A stretch of DNA of 64,000 nt from a virus, in IMG/VR virus record IMGVR_UViG_3300009103_002144, positions 32,001-96,000 of that record; one strand, given 5' to 3'. Under the pieces are notes generated by a model. The model was not told the DNA's origin, searched no databases, and worked only from the letters and a program-made list of their open reading frames with translations. Positions 58,031-64,000 of the stretch are shown here, piece after piece. The first letter of the stretch is position 1; each line of letters starts with the position of its first letter. Made by a program: the position numbers and the translations under genes.

Positions 58031-59341
58031 TTAAAGAATTAAAGAAGCTAGAGAAGCTATGTCTGATCTCTGTCCCTTTTCGAGCTGTACATGTGCTGTA
58101 GAATTTTTATCCCTGAATTTGTGGACTACAATGGATAGACCGTTACTTAGCTTGTTGATATATGGAGTGTCAATTTGGTCTGTATCACCAAGTAGCACAA
58201 TCTTTGATCCCTTTCCAATTCTAGTGATAATCGTTTTCAATTCATGTACTGTTGCATTTTGCGCTTCATCAACAATGACGTAGGAATCGTTAAATGTTCT
58301 TCCCCGAATATATGCCAATGGTGCAACCTCTAATTCACCTTTATCTCTCATCATTTCAAAGTACGTAAAGTTCTTATCACTTAACATTGTTCTGAAGTTG
58401 TCAGTGATTGGTGCAAGCCACGGCTGCATCTTGTCATCCATATCCCCAGGTAAGTATCCAAGATCCCTTCCAACCGGCTGTATGGATCTGGAAACTACTA
58501 TTCTTTTCCACCTACCCTGCTGTACTCCGTCGATACCAGCCATTAGTGCTAAAAATGTTTTTCCAGACCCAGCAAGACCGGTTAGGGTTACGAGTTCTAT
58601 ATCATCACGCATCAAAGCTTCGACAGCAAAAGCTTGCTCTTTATTTTTCGCCTCGAAATTACTCATAAGTTGTCCTGGCTTTTTTACCAGCGGATAAAGA
58701 TGATCATCTCTATGTATTGCCAATGCTGAGCCCGTTTTATCACCGGTTGTCATAACAACGAATTCGTTCGGTAAGAGATCATGATCGGAGAGTCGAAACT
58801 TTCCATCTCTATAAAAAGCATCAATGTTTTCTTTCGCTTCGTAAACCTCTCTGTGCCCCCTGTATTCTACGTTCGAGCTCTCGAGGTGGTCTTTATAGTA
58901 ATCCTCGGCTCGTATACCTAGAGCGTCACATTTCACCCTTAGATTGATGTCTTTCGTTATAACCACAACCGGCCCACCATCACGATCTCTCTCAGACATG
59001 CATGTAGCCAATATTTTATTATCACCACTGTCTTTAGCTAGCCCTCGCGGTAGCTTAGATAAGTCCTCATCAATTGTGATCTTAATCGTTTGTCCATCCG
59101 ACAAAGAGGTCGGAATAGCAACACCAACGTCAAGTCTCCCACTTCCTCGAAGCTCATCTAAAAAACGATTGATGTATCTAGCAGCTTCACCAATCACCCC
59201 TGGTTTTTCTTTGAATCGATCAATTTCATCCATCACCTGCAGGGGTAAAATAACATCATTTCCTGGGAATGAATGAATAGCAGACTTATCATACAGAAGT
59301 ACGCTTGTGTCTAAAATAAATCGCTTTCTTTTGTTTTCCAA
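58031..59341 (-). CDS. phoH: PIN-domain PhoH-family ATPase (PhoH2/YlaK type)
   Basis: PIN motifs FILDTSVLL, DNKIL, ITKDINLRVK; Walker A GLAGSGKT; RGRTF; IVDEAQN; GDTDQID. TTG start with AGGAG RBS. Confidence 0.93.
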   Translation of the reverse strand: MENKRKRFILDTSVLLYDKSAIHSFPGNDVILPLQVMDEIDRFKEKPGVIGEAARYINRFLDELRGSGRLDVGVAIPTSLSDGQTIKITIDEDLSKLPRGLAKDSGDNKILATCMSERDRDGGPVVVITKDINLRVKCDALGIRAEDYYKDHLESSNVEYRGHREVYEAKENIDAFYRDGKFRLSDHDLLPNEFVVMTTGDKTGSALAIHRDDHLYPLVKKPGQLMSNFEAKNKEQAFAVEALMRDDIELVTLTGLAGSGKTFLALMAGIDGVQQGRWKRIVVSRSIQPVGRDLGYLPGDMDDKMQPWLAPITDNFRTMLSDKNFTYFEMMRDKGELEVAPLAYIRGRTFNDSYVIVDEAQNATVHELKTIITRIGKGSKIVLLGDTDQIDTPYINKLSNGLSIVVHKFRDKNSTAHVQLEKGQRSDIASLASLIL

Positions 59342-59351
59342 AATTTTCTCC

Positions 59352-59381
59352 TTGAAAAATTAGCTGGTTCTCTCTTAAAAT
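59352..59381 (+). promoter_or_regulatory. Sigma70-like promoter (TTGAAA-N18-TAAAAT) for the single plus-strand gene
   Basis: Located in the 78-bp divergent gap, upstream of a GAGG RBS and ATG 59420. Confidence 0.4.
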
Positions 59382-59419
59382 ACTGACATAAGCCTGTAAA
59401 GCGCTTAGAGGAATATTGA

Positions 59420-59728
59420 ATGAATAAAGAAAAAACACCCAAAATAAAAAAGCCGAGAGCAAAGGGCTCTGACATAATTGAGGGTTTAACATGCTTCAAA
59501 GCGCACTCAGACATGGGTGTCGAGTGTAGGAAGACTGATTGTCGATATTGGCAAAAGATGAAAGAAAAGAAACATTGCAACTGTGTTGTGCTAGCTGCCA
59601 ACGACGGACCCATGACATTACAGGAAGTTGGTGACATATTCAGCGTAACCCGCATGAGGATATGTCAAATAGAGAAACTAGCAAAACGTTTCTTAAAATC
59701 ATCGTCTCCAAAAATATTATCTGATTGA
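59420..59728 (+). CDS. Stand-alone sigma-70 region-4 HTH protein with Cys/His-rich N-terminal part
   Basis: MTLQEVGDIFSVTRMRICQIEKLA closely matches RpoD region 4.2 (TLEEVG..F.VTRERIRQIE.KA). Preceded by C...H...C....C...HCNC. Confidence 0.85.
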   Translation: MNKEKTPKIKKPRAKGSDIIEGLTCFKAHSDMGVECRKTDCRYWQKMKEKKHCNCVVLAANDGPMTLQEVGDIFSVTRMRICQIEKLAKRFLKSSSPKILSD

Positions 59729-59756
59729 CCACACTATTAACTATTCATTTCAAAAC

Positions 59757-59785
59757 AAAAAAAGGAGAGCTTTCGCTCTCCTTTT
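59757..59785 (-). terminator. Intrinsic terminator, probably bidirectional
   Basis: Minus strand reads AAAAGGAGAGC-GAAA-GCTCTCC-TTTTTTT; the plus strand has a T4 tail. Lies between convergent genes. Confidence 0.9.
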
Positions 59786-59811
59786 GGGTTCATTCGAATG
59801 ATAGGGAATGA

Positions 59812-60006
59812 CTACTTGGCTTTTTCAACCTCTAAGGTTAATTTAACCAAACTTGCTGAAGCATCCTTGAGTCTACGAAGTCCACGTCTGGCTCTTACAC
59901 CAGCCGACTTATTTCCGTGTGCGTTCTTGTGCACGTCTAACTCTAAAGATGCTACTAGCTCCTTCAGGCTTTCCCAATTTTCGAGAATTGTGTTTGAATC
60001 ACTCAT
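59812..60006 (-). CDS. Histone H1-like nucleoid protein, Hc1 family (64 aa)
   Basis: LELDVHKNAHGNKSAGVRARRGL..LK matches the GNKAAGxRAR signature of the Chlamydia Hc1 N-domain and Bacteroidota homologues. Start 60006 with GGGAG RBS. Confidence 0.85.
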   Translation of the reverse strand: MSDSNTILENWESLKELVASLELDVHKNAHGNKSAGVRARRGLRRLKDASASLVKLTLEVEKAK

Positions 60007-60247
60007 TGTTTTCTCCCGGGTGAAGAATCTTTGGGCGCTCTTCATCCTCTTCTTTTGTTATTGCCCTATTGATTGCAAGCATCATCTCCCTATCTTCTAG
60101 CTCGAGTGCAAGCAAATTGATTATATTTCTAATTTGTTCTTGATTAACACCGAATCTCAAAATTTCTTGTGTGATATCTCTGGACTTCTTGGTATCTAAA
60201 AGCCAATCGGTGTCTTCTTTGTCTAACTTTTCTGCTGTTTCATTCAT
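59999..60247 (-). CDS. Hypothetical protein
   Basis: Overlaps both neighbours (translational coupling); AGGA RBS. Confidence 0.7.
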   Translation of the reverse strand: MNETAEKLDKEDTDWLLDTKKSRDITQEILRFGVNQEQIRNIINLLALELEDREMMLAINRAITKEEDEERPKILHPGENNE

Positions 60248-60708
60248 CCTATTGTCTCATCAATCTGGTATGGCTCAATTATAAATTTACCTAATCCTTG
60301 GTAGTGTAAAACCTTGCCCATTTTTTTGTTCTCTATGATTTCAGAAGTTAGTGTGATAAATTCCCCAGCTCTTTCATTGTCTATTATGAATTTAGCATGC
60401 TCATAATCGGGCAGCGTTTTTTCATGCGACTTAAGGACCGCAGTAACCCCCTCAGGAAGCATTAAAGATATATCTTCGATTGTCATCGCAACTCTAGAGA
60501 GCTCTTTACCATTTATTATTTTAGATTGACAAAGCCCAATGATATTATGAGCGACACCACAGTTATTACAGTTCACTATTTTTTTAGTAATTTCATCTTT
60601 ATCATTGATTACCGAGAATACTATAAATTTATGCAACGGCGCGTTTTCTCGATTTTTGAGAGTCGGTAAAATACAGCGACACTCTATGAGATGCTTAACG
60701 CCTTGCAT
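60244..60708 (-). CDS. Hypothetical protein with putative Zn-binding motif
   Basis: HLIECRC...H...CNNCGVAH. Confidence 0.7.
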   Translation of the reverse strand: MQGVKHLIECRCILPTLKNRENAPLHKFIVFSVINDKDEITKKIVNCNNCGVAHNIIGLCQSKIINGKELSRVAMTIEDISLMLPEGVTAVLKSHEKTLPDYEHAKFIIDNERAGEFITLTSEIIENKKMGKVLHYQGLGKFIIEPYQIDETIG

Positions 60709-60710
60709 AT

Positions 60711-60944
60711 CTAGAGCTTCTTTGATGCTAGTACTTTGAACGCTGAATCTTTTAGAATTGGCTCAAGTACAGAAATAAGAGAGTTAGCTTGGTCCCTACT
60801 TAAACGATTATTTTCAGCAGTGGGGGGGCTAGACATTTCTACAATACTTCCTTGTACAGAATCATTCTGGTACGTCAATATCTCCATGACTAAATCGCGA
60901 ACTTGTCTTGAAGTCCATTTTTGTGCACTTTTTCTTGTGGGCAT
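60711..60944 (-). CDS. Hypothetical protein
   Basis: Strong AGGAGG RBS and an upstream TATAAT. Confidence 0.7.
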   Translation of the reverse strand: MPTRKSAQKWTSRQVRDLVMEILTYQNDSVQGSIVEMSSPPTAENNRLSRDQANSLISVLEPILKDSAFKVLASKKL

Positions 60945-60964
60945 TTTCCATCCTCCTGGGGTTA

Positions 60965-60994
60965 ATTATAACCACTATCATGAGTAGTAAACAA
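60965..60994 (-). promoter_or_regulatory. Sigma70-like promoter (perfect TATAAT at 60965-60970) for the four-gene operon ending in Hc1
   Basis: Minus strand TTGTTTACT...TATAAT in a 50-bp gap; the operon ends at the 59757-59785 terminator. Confidence 0.5.
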
Positions 60995-61471
60995 TCATTT
61001 CGCAAAAGCGTCTGCTAGCGAAGAAGAAGCCCAAGCATTGGGCTTTACAACTGCATTATACCCAAATGAATTTACCCATGAAACGGCATTTGTTAAAACT
61101 CTTGAAGACGCAAACCTCTTATCGGGATTGATGTCAAGGTGTACGCTTATATTTTTGTCTGGAAATTCTCGCTGAACTCTGTGAGCAATATCTAAAGCTA
61201 ATTCTGCTTCTTTCATAAGTCTAAACGGGATTGAAGAGAATGCTTCATCAGTGCTTCTTTTTCTGTGGAAATAAAACGTTCCGCCACGCCTTTGTACATA
61301 ACCAGCAATTACTATTGCAAAGATATAGATGCCACCAACCTTATGGGAATCGCATCCTACATGAATTTCATAAAGATTATTTCCCTTAATTTTCTCTATT
61401 ATATCGCTAAATGATGTCGGCTCGGAGTCTGCATCGTGCCAATTGATCGTCGATGTTCTCCACTTCGTCAT
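60995..61471 (-). CDS. RNase H-like YkuK/DUF458 family protein
   Basis: IHVGCDSH; RLMKEAELAL; VHLDINP; KPNAWASSSLAD. Confidence 0.85.
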   Translation of the reverse strand: MTKWRTSTINWHDADSEPTSFSDIIEKIKGNNLYEIHVGCDSHKVGGIYIFAIVIAGYVQRRGGTFYFHRKRSTDEAFSSIPFRLMKEAELALDIAHRVQREFPDKNISVHLDINPDKRFASSRVLTNAVSWVNSFGYNAVVKPNAWASSSLADAFAK

Positions 61472-61472
61472 A

Positions 61473-62792
61473 TTAGTCCAGCTTGATAATGGCCATAATT
61501 TTATTTATGGCTTGAACATCTGATATCGCCCTCCTTACACAAATTTCAGCGACCTGCTTAGGTAATAGTCGCGGGATATATATCGACGGAGAATATCCAA
61601 TCCGACCATAGATTGTATCTAAGGAAACGACACCCTCTCTTCCTGCGCATGATAATAACTGAAATAAACCTCCAGCTCGATCTTGCAAGATCCCTAGCTC
61701 TGCTCTAGTGCAGTTAATCTTCACCACAGCTTTTCTTGTCGATAGTCTTGATAAGCGCTTCCGCAAAATGCTCTTAACGTCGTCAACTTTCTCTTTACCC
61801 AGATTGTTCTGTATGTCTTTTTGAAGAATTCTTATTGCATCAAAATTATGCTTCGTAGTCTTTATAGAAAGCTCATTCTTCTTGTCAGAATATATTACTG
61901 AATTCGGAACCATTTCGCTAAAATCTAGTCCACTCAATAACAGTCCGGTGTCTTTTGATACTGGAAACGTTTTTGAAATTTCGCACATATCTTTGACTTG
62001 ATTGATATTATCTAAATCTTTATTCAGGATGAGTGGAAGCACTTTAATAAGGTCTTTCTCCCAATTAACTCGAAGAGTATTCGCAACATCATCAGAGTAA
62101 TTGCTTGCAATAATAACAGCTGGAATGCTTTGCTCGTATGAGTACGTGAGGAGATGATGAATTTCACTAACTTCAAGAATCGCACCATCAACAATAATGA
62201 CTAAGCATCTATTGAATTCTATCGTACTAAGATCTTCTGAATCAAAAAATGAGTGAGTTGTACATGAGAATTTTGAACTACAATCTATTTCCACCCGATT
62301 TACGGCATCAGTTTTTTCAACCACAATTGAGCCTAATGCCCCGGCTTCCTGCACGGCGCTTAAGAACAGTGGCTTATTTTTGATGGTTGGCTCATCGTGG
62401 ATTGTCTTCTCCCATTCAGAGATAACAACCTCTGAATTTACCCTCTTAGCCTGTCCTACATCTTTTAATAATTCTCTAAAATCGGCACTTTCTTTACTCT
62501 TCAATAAGTGTTCTACAATCAGAAGGTAAAGTGGTATCCCTATAGAACATCTTGCGTTGATATTATATACGCTATTGAGTATTAAATTTCGATATGCTGG
62601 TTCTGAATTGTTTAGCCCAATTAAAAGTGCACGAAAAGAATCATTCCACCCAATGGTGTGAAGACTGTCATCTAATAATATCGACAATGAAAGACTGTCA
62701 ACTTCTTGAACAGCTTGGGAGATATCTTTTCTTAAAGAATTCTTACACCCTTGAATCTCATCCCTGCATATTACATCATTCTTTGCAGACAT
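61473..62792 (-). CDS. Divergent GroEL/Cpn60-like protein lacking the ATP-binding motif
   Basis: Apical-domain-like IIVDGAILEVSEIHHLL...PAVIIASNYSDDVANTLRVN and LRKRLSRLS (cf. GroEL LQERVAKL). No GDGTTT. Confidence 0.65.
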   Translation of the reverse strand: MSAKNDVICRDEIQGCKNSLRKDISQAVQEVDSLSLSILLDDSLHTIGWNDSFRALLIGLNNSEPAYRNLILNSVYNINARCSIGIPLYLLIVEHLLKSKESADFRELLKDVGQAKRVNSEVVISEWEKTIHDEPTIKNKPLFLSAVQEAGALGSIVVEKTDAVNRVEIDCSSKFSCTTHSFFDSEDLSTIEFNRCLVIIVDGAILEVSEIHHLLTYSYEQSIPAVIIASNYSDDVANTLRVNWEKDLIKVLPLILNKDLDNINQVKDMCEISKTFPVSKDTGLLLSGLDFSEMVPNSVIYSDKKNELSIKTTKHNFDAIRILQKDIQNNLGKEKVDDVKSILRKRLSRLSTRKAVVKINCTRAELGILQDRAGGLFQLLSCAGREGVVSLDTIYGRIGYSPSIYIPRLLPKQVAEICVRRAISDVQAINKIMAIIKLD

Positions 62793-62803
62793 GCCGGCTC
62801 CGG

Positions 62804-63073
62804 TTAGTGAAGGGTGCTATTCGTCTTCTTCTTACCGGCACCGAAAAGGCTCCCTAGTGCTTCGCCTAATTCACCCGCTTGTTCATTTAGCTGTTGAATC
62901 GCTTGTTTTTTCGCCTCTTCAACCTTCTGTTTCTCACTCCATTCCAGGGAGAAGCGAATCATCCCACCCAATACTGCTAGTCCAAAAATACAGCTTGCTG
63001 CCAAAACGTTATGCCACAACATTGCGGCTGCAAACAAGACCATCATTTCAGACATCCCGAATCTTATATTCAT
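62804..63073 (-). CDS. Small membrane protein (two hydrophobic segments, charged C-tail)
   Basis: AGGAG RBS before ATG 63073; hydrophobic N-terminal half. Confidence 0.7.
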   Translation of the reverse strand: MNIRFGMSEMMVLFAAAMLWHNVLAASCIFGLAVLGGMIRFSLEWSEKQKVEEAKKQAIQQLNEQAGELGEALGSLFGAGKKKTNSTLH

Positions 63074-63133
63074 TTTTGCTCCTATAAGCAAACTAATTTG
63101 CTAAAACTATTGTAATGGAAAGATGGATTTAGT

Positions 63134-63598
63134 TCAAATATTTTCCCGCGATATCCCGAGATCAACTAGTCTTTCTGTTTCTTTTTCGTCTAAAAAGGTT
63201 AGTCGCTTAGAGTCGAATCCATATTTTATGAAGATCTCCTCCCCCTTTTTTATGTCTCTTTTCGCGTAATATAGTATTGCTCTTTCGGAGCCCTCCCTGA
63301 ATTTCCAAAATGCGTTTGGATAGGAGCTGTGATTGTATATACCACCATATCCCATAGCTAAAGCATGAGTACCATCAGGAACCTTAAATACATACGATTT
63401 TAGAAGGTGCTCTTTTCCATACATTTCGAGCCAATCAGCTAAGAGCGCAGGAGTAAAACAAAGATAGGGTGAAGCTTCGAAACAAGTATGTAGCGGAATA
63501 TCTTTAGTTGCAAATACACCAAGACCATCCACCGTGGACTCTTTTACCACCACGTTATCAATAAAGTAGCCCTTTATAAATTCTCTTTCTCGAAACAC
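63134..63598 (-). CDS. SET-domain protein-lysine methyltransferase
   Basis: ESTVDGLGVFATKDI; GGIYNHSSYPNA (NHS); AKRDIKKGEEIFIKYG. GTG start just after the PrkA stop. Confidence 0.92.
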   Translation of the reverse strand: MFREREFIKGYFIDNVVVKESTVDGLGVFATKDIPLHTCFEASPYLCFTPALLADWLEMYGKEHLLKSYVFKVPDGTHALAMGYGGIYNHSSYPNAFWKFREGSERAILYYAKRDIKKGEEIFIKYGFDSKRLTFLDEKETERLVDLGISRENI

Positions 63599-63599
63599 A

Positions 63600-64000
63600 C
63601 TAGCTATCTCTCCAGAGATTATTACTTGCGTATACCAACACTTCTTCTGCTGATTCGGGAGTATAGCCGTATTCGTCGATAAGCGTCTGAACCATGCTTG
63701 AGTATTTAACCTTCTGCTCATCATCTCGCGTCTTAGACTTAGTAACGATTCTAGCTAAGTCTTTTACAGAACTAATCAGGTAAGTTTCGATCGCTTCCTT
63801 AAGGGGCTCATACGATGTGTAGTCCACAATCTCGCCTCTGCGCATTTTTGCGAACATATACGCTGTAACGTCAGCTCGAAACCCCTCTCGCCCGGATTGG
63901 CTTACGCCAATAGAGCCCTCAATTGATCTCATAAACTCTTCATCAGGCTTCATCTCTTCTTTGGTCACCCTGTCTTTTAGCTTGCACTTCGTTGTAAATG
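63600..64000 (-). CDS. prkA: PrkA/YeaG-family AAA+ serine kinase, C-terminal part (5'-partial)
   Basis: KLKDRVTKEEMKPDEEFMRSIE..IG......FR...Y.PLKEAIE...LIDEYGY...SAEEVL.Y matches the PrkA C-terminus. The frame is open to the window edge. Confidence 0.88.
   Translation of the reverse strand, partial: FTTKCKLKDRVTKEEMKPDEEFMRSIEGSIGVSQSGREGFRADVTAYMFAKMRRGEIVDYTSYEPLKEAIETYLISSVKDLARIVTKSKTRDDEQKVKYSSMVQTLIDEYGYTPESAEEVLVYASNNLWRDS

Noticed and set aside
59311-59655. Minus-strand 114-aa ORF opposite the sigma region-4 gene
   Set aside because: The plus-strand frame carries a clear region-4.2 motif, RBS, promoter and terminator; this ORF has none.
4606-63087. The many other 60-160 aa ORFs nested in or antisense to long genes
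   Set aside because: They overlap well-supported CDSs, mostly start at TTG/GTG and show no recognisable motifs.
1-64000. Stop-codon reassignment, as in some jumbo phages
   Set aside because: TAA, TAG and TGA all end genes at sensible family boundaries, and code-11 ORFs tile the window without fragmentation.
1-64000. tRNA/rRNA genes, introns, inteins, transposases, integrase
   Set aside because: Intergenic gaps are short and show no cloverleaf or such motifs by eye. A tRNAscan-SE/Infernal run would be needed to exclude them formally.

Overview
A 64-kb segment of a large (jumbo-type) contractile-tailed dsDNA phage genome, read in standard code 11. About 53 genes tile the minus strand, often with overlapping stop/start codons; only one credible gene is on the plus strand. 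In transcription order (right to left) there are five blocks. (i) Host-takeover/regulatory block, 58.0-64.0 kb: PrkA C-terminus, SET-domain methyltransferase, degenerate GroEL-like protein, YkuK-type RNase H-fold protein, Hc1-type histone H1-like protein, stand-alone sigma region-4 protein, PIN-PhoH. (ii) Tail-fibre operon, 48.0-58.0 kb. (iii) A ~22-kb glycan locus, 25.5-47.8 kb: 13 glycosyltransferase-like genes including an ABO-type GT6, Gmd/Fcl, GmhA/HddA/HAD heptose enzymes, 2 SDR epimerases, 3 methyltransferases, a StrG-like oxygenase and a Cas4-like nuclease, with no recognisable export or polymerase genes. (iv) A phage sigma-factor-like gene. (v) Baseplate module: gp5-, gp25- and gp6-like genes, LamG/DNRLRE-type proteins, a 2615-aa protein and a >1463-aa fibre gene at 3..4391 that the ORF track missed. 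The leading hypothesis is a phage-encoded virion O-glycosylation system: peripheral virion proteins on both sides of the glycan locus are rich in a hydrophobic-[S/T]-[G/A/S]-[S/T] motif that is nearly absent from the core baseplate proteins. Other highlights are a candidate late promoter (ATATTTAG) in front of both structural operons and a SET + Hc1 + PrkA gene set. All family assignments come from recognising motifs by eye; no searches were run.
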